A DNA stretch of 64,000 bases, from positions 18,600,001 to 18,664,000 of the forward strand of contig OZ024761.1 in the NCBI GenBank assembly GCA_964016885.1, in the 5' to 3' direction. Origin of the DNA: Eledone cirrhosa (Eukaryota). The translations under genes were made by a program, and so were the position numbers. Below, one piece after another: positions 1 through 12,718 of this stretch. Every line of letters starts with the position of its first letter. Position 1 is the first letter of the stretch. The notes under the pieces were generated by a model. That model was not told the origin of the DNA. It saw only the letters and a list, made by a program, of their open reading frames with translations, and made no database searches.

Positions 1-1656
1 TATGCTGCCAAGCATGGCGTCCGACCCTCTACCAATACTGCCAATCCACCGCCCAGAGAGAAAATATAATATGGGTTTCCGCTTTAGGCACAAGGCCAAC
101 AATTTTGGGAGAGAGGAAGTCAATTAAATCAACCCAAGAGTGTTACAGGTACCTTATTTTATCAACCCCATAAGGATATGAACAATGCTAACCTCAGCAG
201 GGTTTGAACTCAGAACGTAAAGGGACATAACTCTATGCCGCAAAGCATGGTGTCTGACGCTCTACCAGCACTGTCAATCCACAACCCTCATAATGGTTTC
301 TGAATTAGGCACAAGGCCAACAATTTTGGAGGTGAGGAAAGTTGATTAAATCAACCCCAGTGCATTACTGGTACTTTATTTTATCAACCCCGTAAGAATG
401 AAAGGCAAGGCTAACCTTGGTGGGATTTAAACTCAGAATGTAAAGAAACACAGCTATAAGTCACAAAGCATGTTGTCCGATCTTCTAACAACTCTGCAAA
501 TTCTTCTTCTTTTTCTTGGCCCACTTATTCCTGAGAGGGTTGTAAGAGCAGAGTCCTTAAACACCCGTTCCAGCAGGTCCTATCAGAAGCAGCTGTCTCT
601 AATTGATCCTGCTGGATCCCCCAAGTGAGACCAGCCGAGCTCATGGATGGTATCCAACCATATCAGTCTGAGTTGGGTCTTCTGTCAGGGCCGCTTTTTG
701 CAAAAATTCATCACTTTTTATTTTATGTGAAAACCCATGTGAACGATAAGATATATTTCTTTATTTGCCACAAGGGCGCACAAGAACTGGGACATTACAA
801 GGTGTGACGGCAAGGGTTTTACAGAAAGTTGTGTAAAAAAAATTTAACAATTATAAATAAACAATTAAAATCCCCAATAGAGTGGAATGGTACTGCAGAG
901 TTGTTTTACACCCTTTAGATAGAACAACCCTCAACACCAGGAGCACATTTTGTAAGTGCTCCCATCTTCCCGCTTTTGTCTTCTTCAAATTACAGGTTTA
1001 TATACAGAGAAGGACCATTCACTCAAGTTATTTTCACCATATTCACCCACCTTTCAGTGAATTTACTAGGGTGGAGCACCTCTCTCTCCACTCCCACTTT
1101 CCTTTTGAAGTGGTATTTAAAGAAGGGGATGAGTTGTTGTCCGGAGAGGAAGGAGTTTGCTCTGATAAGATAAGGTTCTTCTTCTTGTCGTGTCCACAAG
1201 AGTGTCAGTTACAAAGCTTGGCTAGATGTCGTTCCAACACAGCTGAACACATTGCTGTCCTTTCACATTAAACTCTACCAATTCCAATGCTATGCAGGGG
1301 TGCTCCAGCAGGGGACATATCAGGAGGTGCTGTGCAGGGGTGCTCCAGCAGGGGACATATCAGGAGGTGCTATGCAGGGGTGCTCCAGCAGGGGACATAT
1401 CAGGAGGTGCTGCGTAGTCTGTGGTTCGATGTCGCAGTCAAACACGATGTCCCCATCCTTTAACCCTTTAGCATTTAAACCAGCCAGAATTCTTTCACTT
1501 CTATCTGTCCAAACCAGTTGTAACCGACTGCTCATACTGATGTTAAGATATTGTTCTCAAAATAAATAATATCAAAATCTCATAGATTCGATATTATGTG
1601 AGATAATTATGTGAGGTAAAGCCTTTACTGTGAAAATATAATAGTATATATAGAAT

Positions 1657-1840
1657 AATTGTTTCTACTTTTGGCACAAGGCCAGCAATTATCCCAGTAC
1701 ATTACTGGTACTTTATTTTATCGACCCCGTAAGGATGAAAGGCAAAGTTAACCTCGGCAGAATTTGAACTCAGAATGGCAAGGGCCGTAACTCTATGCGT
1801 CAAAGCATGGCGTCCGACCCTCTACCGATACTGCCAATCC
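1657..1840 (-). mobile_element. tRNA-derived SINE family B; more than 12 copies, e.g. about 75-500, 3605-3790, 10780-10940, 12715-12890, 21800-21960, 31330-31550, 39030-39210, 53220-53410
   Basis: GGATTGGCAGTATCGGTAGAG...GAGTTCAAAT..GCCGAGGTTAACTTTGCCTTTCATCCTTACGGGGTCGATAAAATAAAGTACCAG core, repeated in both orientations. Confidence 0.85.
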
Positions 1841-2273
1841 TAGAATAATGTCAATACTAAAGGGTTAAATATCCCCAGGGAGATGTGTATTCATTATTGG
1901 AAAAAACACTAAAGCAAATAATAGTATTAGTATGTAACATGTAATTAATTAAACAGTTATGTAAATCAGTGGATGATATATACAGGAGAAAGACAGTGGT
2001 CTTAGCAGTGAGGAAGAAAATGAAGATACAGAAACTAATATAGAGTAATGTAAATGCTAAAGGGTTAAATAAATATCCCCATTTTGCAATATTGACTTTT
2101 GCACATCCAACACCAGATCTTATTCTGGGGGTCAAGATAGATACATCTATGCCACGGCCATGGGTGTACCGATAAGATCGACAAGACCAACAAGTTATTG
2201 CAAATCCTACCACCACCACAAGCAGCAGTTATAAGATAAGGTAGAAATGTGAAAAATTTTAACTTCTACCTAC

Positions 2274-2648
2274 CTGAGAGCGGAGCAGAAACTGTAATTA
2301 CTTTTGTTGCTATGTTTCCATTGCTGGTTGCCGAGATGGTGCTTGGTATCTTAGAAGTTGCAGCCAGTTTCACAGACGGCTGCATGGCGAGCCTTTGGAT
2401 CAACATAGAAGGGTTAGTAGTAGTGATCTTGTTGTTGTTGTTATTGTTGTTGCTGCTGCTGTTATTGCTGTTCACGCCACCACTACTGTTGGTGGTGGGG
2501 GAAGAAGGGACCACTTTCGTCGTCATCAGGGAGTTACCTGCCTTACTACTATTAGTAGTCGTAGTAGTAGTCGTAGTAGTACTAGCAGTAACAGTTGTTG
2601 TAGTAGTAGTAGTGTTTAAAGATGACTTCTCTCCCGTGGAGGCCACGG

Positions 2649-2689
<41 letters not shown>

Positions 2690-5045
2690 TTATCGCTAGC
2701 ACCACTCTTGGTCTTTGTAAGCAAAGCTTCCGGATGGTCGCTTTCCAAAATGTCCGAATCTCCATTGAGGGCAGTCGAGAGGTTGGTGTTATTCAGTAGT
2801 GAAACTGCTGTAGGTGATGTTTTCCCATCCAGGAGTTGGTTCTCACTACTGCTGCTGCTGTTGTTGAGAGAAGAAGAGGGTGGTGGAGTTGTAGTTTGAG
2901 GTGATGAAGCAGCAGCTGAGAGAATGTCAGAAGACACCAGAGTGGTGGTGTCTGTGGAGGTATTGGTGTTACTGGTGGTGGCGGCGGCGGTGGTGTTGGT
3001 GTTGTTAGATGTGGTGGATGTGATGGTAGTGGTGGAGGTGGTGGATGTGGTGGTGGTGGCGGCAGCAGCGGCGGCGGTGGTGGTGAGGCATGCAGGCGCA
3101 GCTAGAGAGTGCAGCGATGTCCGGTTGGCAGAAACAGCCGACGCTGCACCTGTTGCACTCTGTGTCTGCAAAGGTGTGAGACTTGTTGTTGTTGTTGTTG
3201 TTGTTGCTGTTGTTGTTGTTGTTGCTGCAATTGCTGTCTCGGCAGCAGATGTTGTTGTTGTTGTTGTTGCAGTCGTTAATGTTGAGGAGAGAGATGATGT
3301 AACAGAGGTGGTGGCGGTGGTGGTGGGTGTGGTGGTGGTGGAGGAGGATGATAATGAGCTAGTGGTGGTGGCAGTGGTCGTGACCAATAGCTTGTCTGTT
3401 GATTCTGAGATGTTGTTGTCGTTGATGCTGCCGTTCTTTGGTGAATCATTGCACTGTCTGTTGAGCTGCTTCTGGGCCAGGTACTTGGCTATGCTGGTTT
3501 GCAGGGACACCACACTGGCTAACCACTGAAATGGTAACAGGAAGAACAAAAAATTAGAAGTGTGGTGGTGACAACAACAACAACATCAACAACAACAGTA
3601 ATAATTGTTTCTACTTTAGGCACAAGGACAGCAATTACCACAGTGCATTACTGGTACTTTATTTCATCGACCCCGTAAGGATGAAAGGCAAAGTCAACCT
3701 CGGCGGGATTTGAGCTCATATCGTAAAGGGACGTAACTCTATGCTGGAAAGCATGGCGTCCGACCCTCTACCGATACTGCCAATCCACCGACAACAACAG
3801 TAATAATGACAGCAGCAGCAACAGTAACAACAATAACAACAACAACAGTAACAACAACAACAACAACAGTAACAACAACAATAACAACAACAACAGTAAC
3901 AACAGTAACAACAGTAACAACAACAATAACAACAACAACAACAACAACAACAGTAACAGCAACAGTAACAACAACAACAACAGACAAACTAATGGAGAAA
4001 GAGAAGATAACTGACTCACCTCTTCTTGTTCCTCAGAGGTTGCCTTCTGTTCTGGTAAAGTTGCATCAGGGTTGGAGAGCAGAGAAGATGTCTGTAGCTG
4101 TGGGTTGGCTGGGAAGAGGCCGTTGCTTGGAGTGGGGCTCGATTTATCTAACATGGGCTGCATCGAGGCTATAAGTGCAGCCTCAGATGCACGTGGGAGC
4201 AAAGGTGGTGGATTCGAATACAAGTCTTTGATAGCTGAAGGGATCTGCAATGAACATCGTAACATTTATGACTAAGACCATAAGACAAACGTTAGGATTT
4301 AAGACTAAGGTCATAAGATCAAAGTTAAAGTATAACACCTTCACGACTGCATTTCTAATGAAATACACCCTATTTTAATAGACAGATTTTAGCCTTAGTT
4401 TTATAATAATATATTTCATAGATAAGCATTGACTTGATGAACCAGTGGGCTCACAACAGACTTTAGCCTTTCTTTTAGAATATATTTTTATATTTTAGAT
4501 GAACCATCCCTTATCAAAGGATCTAATGAGAACCTCAGAAAATGTTGGACAGACCTTTCTATGCCTCTATGTGGCTTGTGTTACAGCATATACAACAAAC
4601 TGAGATTACAGACATTTTAATATAAATTAGAAAGCTTTAAAATAGGTGACTTTATTTCATAGAACCAGAGCTGGTTTTTTGCCAGGTTGGTAACTAAAGA
4701 ATTAAGACTAAGAATCATAAGATAAAAAGTTAAGAGGAAGACAGAAGAAGAAGAAGAAGGGGGAGGACAAAGACAAAAGAAGAAAGAAGATAGAAGACAG
4801 CAGAAGAAAGAAAATAGAAGACAGAAGAATAAAGAATTAACTTACAGAAATAGATTTCCTTTTTGGGTGTCGTATTTTAACCTGAATGGAGGTGATTGTC
4901 TGTTGTACCTTTTTCAAGAAGTCAATCTTGACTGCGTGCATATAATGTGGCCAGAAAATTTGGCTCGAAGTTAATCTTCCGTTCGAGAGGCTGACTGATT
5001 TTAACAATTTCTCGTCCTGTTGAGGAGAGATTCAAAATTAAATTA

Positions 5046-5076
<31 letters not shown>

Positions 5077-8000
5077 CACAGTCCACGCTGTAAATGTGAC
5101 CGTGTAGGCAACACGGTAAAAAACCTCCCAGTCCCACACTGTAAATGTGGTTGGTGTTACGAAGGGCATCCAGCTGTAGAAAACCCGCCAGATAGTCCAC
5201 GCTGTAATGTGGCCGTGTAGGCAACACGGTAAAAACCTCCCAGTCCCACACTGTAAATGTGGTTGGTGTTAGGAAGGGCATCCAGCTGTAGAAAACCCGC
5301 CAGACAGTCCACGCTGTAATGTGGCCGTGTAGGCAACACGGTAAAAACCTCCCAGTCCCACACTGTAAATGTGGTTGGTGTTAGGAAGGGCATCCAGCTG
5401 TAGAAAACCTGCCAGACAGTCCACGCTGTAAATGTGACCGTGTAGGCAACACGGTAAAATCTCCCAGTCCCACACTGTAAATGTGGTTGGTGTTAGGAAG
5501 GGCATCCAGCTGTAGAAAACCTGCCAGACAGTCCACGCTGTAATGTGGCCGTGTAGGCAACACGGTAAAAACCTCCCAGCCCCACACTGTAAATGTGGTT
5601 GGTGTTAGGAAGGGCATCCAACTGTAGAAAACCCGCCAGACAGTCCCATGCGAGCAAGACAACCACTCTTGCCTCAAGTGGGAAAACTCCCGTCCAAACC
5701 CATGCAAGCATGGAACTCGGACGTTAAACGATGATGATGATGATGATGATGATGACGAGGGTCATAATGATGGTGGTGATGACAATGATGATAGTGACAA
5801 TGAAAGTGAAGATGATAATAATTGATGATTATGATGATGGTGCAATGATGATGATGATATTGAAGATGACAATGATACTATTGATAATGATAATGGTGAC
5901 GATGACTCACAATAAAATTCTCTGGATGATTAGGACACATCCATCGACCTGTTGGAAGTGTTGTTAATGGTGGATCCAGACAATCCATATGGAAGAGAAG
6001 GGTGCAGAAATCACATTGGATTAGAGGGGCTCTCCGGCAGCTCCTACAAGGGAAAATAAGGAACAGTTTATATAATAAAATCACAAATAAACATTTTAAG
6101 GGTTAAGGGCTAGTTTTTATAAACCTGAGTTTTTCTTTCTTTGTTCTTCCCCCTTTTTTTTTGTCCTTATAGCTAGGGGGGAGGGGAATCAACCATATAG
6201 TTGTTGTTTGATTCTGACACCAATCACTAATACTGATAACTAAAGTCTGTCTTAAGCTATTTAAGGCCCACTAAGCCACTGCTTATCCCAGTTTCATGGC
6301 ATGAAGCGACTGAGAGTACAAGACTTCCCCCCTGGACAGGACACCAGTCCATCACAGGTTTCAACTCCCAGATATTGCTGGTACTCATTTTCAGCTGAGT
6401 ATACTTGAAATGAAGTGTTTTGCTCAAGAACACAACACGCAACCCAGCCCAGGAATCAAACCCACAGCATTATGATCGTAAGGCCAACACCCTTACCACT
6501 AGGCCACGCACCTCCACTGAGTATACTGGAGCAGCGTGAAATAAAATGTTTTGCTCAAAGACATAACATGCAACCCACCCCAGGAATTGAAACCACGGCA
6601 TGAACTTATTACACATAAAACAGATTCTAGTATACTAACTTATTACAAAACAAACTAGTATACTAACTTATTACACATAAAACAGATTCTAGTATACTAG
6701 CTTATTACAAAACAGATACTAGTATACTAACTTATTACAAAACAGAAACAAGTATACTAACTTATTACAAGTAAAACAGATACTAGTATACTAACTTATT
6801 ACACATAAAACAGTTACTAGTATAACTTATTACAAAACAGATACTAGTATACTAACTTATTACACATAAAACACAGTTTTGCAGGAAGCGGGACAAGACC
6901 ATTGTCCAGCTCATGTGGTTGCTTCTTTGATGGATTTCGGTTGTCTTTTAACCATTTACGTTTGCTGGTACCTATAATATATATAAAACAACAGTTTAAT
7001 GGTGCCTACAACACAAAATGGCGGTTTACTGGTACCTGTAATAAACAAGGGTAGGTTGTAAAGTTCACAGGCTGACTATGAAGGAGTATAAAACAAGATT
7101 CTCATTATTAACCCTTTAATGTTCAAACCGGCCAGAATTCTCTACCTTTTTCTGTTGAAACTGGCTGTTACTGGTCACTCAAATTGATGTTAAGGTATTG
7201 TTCTCAAAATAAATACTTTCAAAATCTCATAGATTCGATATTATGTGAGATAAGTATGTGAGATAAAGCATTTACCATGAAAATATAATAGAATATATAG
7301 AGTAATGTGAATGCTAAAGGCTTAAACTGATGTTTGGAACATAACTTAAAGGTTCTTACAGAGAATTATGATGGAAAGTTTTTAAATAAATCTAAACACT
7401 TTAACTGTTTAACATTCACATTACTCTACATTTACTATTGTATTTTCACATAAAAGGCTTTATCTCATGTAACATTGGATCTTCAAGATTTTGATATTTA
7501 TTTTAAAAACAATATGTTAACGTCAGTATGAGCAGCCAGTTACGACCGGTTTGAACAGAATGGGGTGAGAGATTTCTGGCCGGATATGGCTGGTTTAAAT
7601 GCTAAAGGGTTAAAACAAACAATTTTGTATTATAGAATCAAAGTTATAGAATTCAAGAAGACTGGCATCAAAAAGTTTTTAGATTTAGATAAATATAAAT
7701 ACTTTAAAAGAAAAAGGAGTTGTGACAAAACTGGTACTAAGTTGTGTTGGCCTCTGGGCAATATATATTATGTATATACAGTGTATACGAGTTGTATTAT
7801 AGAATTATGGTTAGCTTCAGGAAGACTGGTATCAAAAGGTCTTTAGATAAATATAAACACTTTAACCCTTTAGCATTTAAACCGACCATATTCAACCATT
7901 CAGGGATGCCCCGAAAAAACAGGGATATATATGGAGGGTGTCCCAAAATTAATAAAATAAGGGATACACATGAAAAGGGGTGTCTCAAAATTAATAAAAC

Positions 8001-11000
8001 AGGGGATACACATGGAGGAGGGTGTTCCAAAACTAATAAAATAGGGATACACATGGAGTGGGTGTCCCAAAACTAATAAAATAAGGGATACACATGAAAG
8101 GGGGTGTCTCAAAATTAAAAAAACAGGGGGATACACATGGAGGAGGGTGTCCCAAAACTAATAAAATAGGGATACACATGGAGTGGGTGTCCCAAAATTA
8201 ATAAAATGGGGGATACACATGCAGGAGGGTGTCCTAAAACTAATAAAGCAAGGAAAATAGAAATGCTTGGCTTGTTAAGGTTACCTGGAAGTGGCTCCGT
8301 ACAGACAATTTCCTTTGGAAGTTCAAACTGGGTTGGGTTGGTATATTTAGCGGCCTTGGCCAGCACCATGAGGGGATGCAGGTCCTCTGGATCTACATCC
8401 ATCTCTTCTTCCTCTTCCCCTTCCCCTTCTTCAACTTCCATCTCAGGGACACCTTCTTTGCTAGGACGCTTCGCTTCCGTCTTGAAGGGAGAGAGAGAAA
8501 AAGAGAAAAATGGAAAGAAAAAAAAAAAGCAAGGAAAAAAAATTAATCTATATATAAATTTCTGTGATTCTGTCACAACACATAAAGAGAGAGAGGAGTA
8601 GTTTGACTACCTCATACTACTCCTCTCTCTATGTCTGCTGCCTGCGTGAATGTACGAGCGTGTAAAAGGAAGGAAAGGGATGATGAAAAAAAACTACGCT
8701 GTGTATGAGTTTGTATAAATGTATGTATGTGTGTGTGTGTGTGAGCGTGTGTGTGTTTGTGTGAGCGTATGTGAGTGCTTGTGTGAATGTATGTGCGAGT
8801 GTGTATTTTTGCATCCTCGGTAGTATAGTGGTAAGTATCCCCGCCTGTCACGCGGGAGACCGGGGTTCGATTCCCCGCCGGGGAGGTAGATATAATTTTA
8901 GAGGCACATGGCTTAGTGGTTAGAACATTGGCCTTGCAATCGAAAGGTTGCGAGTTCAATTCTCAGACCGGGTGATGTGTTGTTTCCTTGAGCAAGACAC
9001 TTTATTTCACATTGCTCCAGTTTACTCAGCTGTAGAAATGAGATGATAGGGACTGGGGTCCTTATCATTCCACTGCAAAGTGGTCGTGGAGGTGCCACAG
9101 CAAAAAAGCACACAGCACTCACTGTAAATGAGGTTGGTGTTAGGAAGGGCATCCAGCTGTAGAAATCAAGCCAGAATCAGTTCCCGTCCCACCCTTGCAA
9201 GCAGGGAAAAAGCGGACGTAAAATGAAATGATGAAATGATGATGTGTCTGTGTTTGTGCGGTTATATTTATATACTCGTACATATAAATGTATGCATATG
9301 CACATACACATATACACATAGGTGTCAGTGAATGGAAAGAAATTCTAGTGGTAAGAAACTTTCAGGAGAGCTGAACACAGTGTTGGATTTACCATTGTGC
9401 TTAGGTGTGCTTAAGAACAGGGCCCTTTTGGCCGGAGAAGGGGGGGGGGGGGGACCATCTCTTTCCCCAAAAGATTTTCTACAATGAATTTTTCAAATGG
9501 TTTTCAAATATAAGGGGCCTCATAACGTAACTAGCAAATTTGTCCTAAATCCATCACTGGCTGTACAGCAGGTCTTCAGAGAAACCTCCTCTCAAGTGAG
9601 TGTTTCAGCTCTTGGATAAAATATAATTAACCCTTTAACATTGACATTACTATTGTATTTTTGTGGTAAAGGCTTTATCTCACATAATATCGAATCTATG
9701 AGATTTTGATATTATTTATTTTGAGATTTGAGAACAATACCTTAACATCAGTATGAGCGGCCAGTTAGAGCCAGTGTGAACAGAAACATGTGAGAGAATT
9801 CTAGCTGGATACGGGCTAAAGGGTTAAAAATGCTAAAGGGTTAAAAAAAAAAATGCACTCAATGCTGTTATGAGATTTGTTTCGTTTGGGTTACAGTCAC
9901 CCAACCAATCTTGCCTCAAGCAGGACAATTCCCGTCTAACCCATGCTTGCATAGAAGATAGATGTTAAACGATGATGATGTATATGTGTAATGTAGACAG
10001 TTAAAAACTTTCTCCAATTAATCCAAGAGACTATCTGTGCAATTATTAGACCAAAACTCCCACTATAGGTCCAACACTAAGTAACTTACCTCAGCAGCTA
10101 ACAGGGTACACCGACGACACAGCCACTCTCCAGAGGGGACATCATCTTCAGTCAATGGAGGGTCACTGATCAACGAAAACAAGAAAGAACAAATCAGCTC
10201 TAGCCCAGTGGTTCCCAACCTTTTGTGCACCAATACCCTAACCTCAACATCTCAAAAACTCTAATGCCACCCACCCCTGATCAACTGCAAAGCTATGATC
10301 AACTGCAAAGCTATGATCAACTGCAAAGCTATGATCAACTGCAAAGCTATGATCAACTGCAAAGCTATGATCAACTGCAAAGCGATGATCAACTGCAAAG
10401 CTATGATCAACTGCAAAGCTATGATCAACTGCAAAGCTATGATCAACTGCAAAGCTATGATCAACTGCAAAACTATGATCAACTGCAAAGCTATGATCAA
10501 CTGCAAATGGATGATCAACTACAAATGGATGATCAACTGCAAATGGATGATCAACTGCAAATGGATGATCAACTGCAAAGGGATGATCAACTACACTTTC
10601 TGGGTCCCTCCCCCTCACAGCCACACAACCCTATTTCCAGAGAGACCTACCTACACGTAAATTGTAAATAATATATAATAAATAAAATTGTTACTTTATA
10701 TATAATAAATAATATAATATATACTATGTATAAATAAATATTATATATTTTTTTATTTTACTATATTTATAATATATGTAGGCGGCGAATTGGCAGAGTC
10801 GTTAGAATGTTGGATAGAATGCTTTATAGTATTTGTTCTGGCTTTCTGCTCTCTGTGGTCAAATCCTGCTGAGGTCAACTTTGCCTTTCATCCTTTCGAG
10901 GTCAATAAAAAAAGTACCAGTCTAGTACTGAGGTTGATTCTTCCTCTATATCTCTTTCTCACTTCCTCTCTCTCACCTTCTATCTTTCTCTGGAAGAAAT

Positions 11001-12682
11001 CTGCTGCACTCAGGCCTGGAGAGGGGTGGGCTCTGCCAGGCTTAAAATGCACAAGAAATACAGTATGTCAAATTGGTACCCCTACGACTTAATCAAGAGT
11101 TATGGGACCATACATACATACATATACAATATGTATCATTTGATATTTAATACACTATTATATCATCTCTACTACCACTCCTCCAGCAGCACCCCCTGGA
11201 CCTTTTCAATGCGCCCGGGGGTGGGGCTGCCGTAACGCCCACTTTGAGAACCATTGGTTTAGAGTTACTTACTGACACTGCAGATGAAACGCTGCAGGAC
11301 ATCGGTCACAACAGAGGAGATCTCCACCTTCCTTACAGCTGTCACAACAATCGTGGTTTACAGTCCTGCCTGGACGTCGATACTCTCTCACCGGTCTTTT
11401 GGGTTTTCTGGAAGGGTCTTCGGAGGTTGGTGGAGCTACCAACTTTAAGATTTGCTGAAAACAGGAACAGAAAAATAAAATAGAATAAAATAAATTCAAA
11501 TAAAATAAATTTTTTTCAAAATGAAGAGAAAAGAGAAAAACATGTTGAATTCAGAATACATTAACCCTTTAGCATTTACATTACTCTATATTTACTATTA
11601 TATTTTTATGGTAAAGGCTTTACCTCATATGATATCGGATCTATGAGTTTACTCACACCAACAACCCTGAGCACCTTTTTGATTTCCATGTGTCTAACAC
11701 ACGTGGGCATGCCCACAAAGTCAGAAAACAGTACAGTTCCCATGACTTTCGGAAACATTTTTTCACGCTCAGAGTTGCTGAAGCATGGAACAAACTACCT
11801 GCATCAGTTGTTAGCTGTCGAGACACTGCATCCTTTAAGGCCTCCATGCTTCCCGAGATCCGCCAACACTACACCTAATGTTCCCCCTCCATACACATAC
11901 ACACATGTATACCATGACTCATACACTATTCACTTCCCTGACATTTGTGTATTATTCTATGTACTATACATACACCTTTGACGAATTGTAGTGCACCTGA
12001 GCACTTTACACAATAATTTCATTATTATTATTTTATTTAAATACATTAAAACTAGGTTTTATCATTTAACCCTTTAGCATTTACATTACTCTATATTTAC
12101 TATTATATTTACACAGAAAAGGCTTTATCTCACATAGCATTTACATTACTCTATATTTACTATTATATTTACACAGAAAAGGCTTTATCTCACATATTTA
12201 CATTACTCTATATTTACTATTATATTTTCATGGTAAAGGCTTTATCTCACATAGCATTTACATTACTCTATATTTACTATTATATTTACACAGAAGAGGC
12301 TTTATCTCACATAGCATTTACATTACTCTATATTTACTATTATATTTACACAGAAGAGGCTTTATCTCACATAGCATTTACATTACTCTATATTTACTAT
12401 TGTATTTTCAAGCTTTACCTCACATAATATCGAATCTATGATTTTGATTTTATTTATTTTGAGAACAATACCTTAACATCAATCAGTATGAGCAGCCAGT
12501 TACAGCCAGTTTGAACAGAAAGAGGTGAGATAATTTTGGCTGGATATGGCCGGTTTAAATGCTAAAGGATTAAACTGTTGGTGAAGAGAAGAGGTCAAAT
12601 TGAACAAACAGACATATTGGGATCAGTAGCTCCACTTGAGTACTGACCTGCAACTCTTCCTAACAGGGAAAGCAGATGTTAA

Positions 12683-12718
<36 letters not shown>

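Noticed and set aside
2249-3529. Plus-strand poly-Val/Leu ORFs
   Set aside because: Antisense shadows of the low-complexity PHF12 exon.
10225-10671. ORFs with (DQLQSY)n, (MINCKA)n and a CRISPR-like periodic appearance
   Set aside because: A pure 18-bp tandem repeat without unique spacers, inside an intronic MITE; it is open only because the unit is a multiple of 3.
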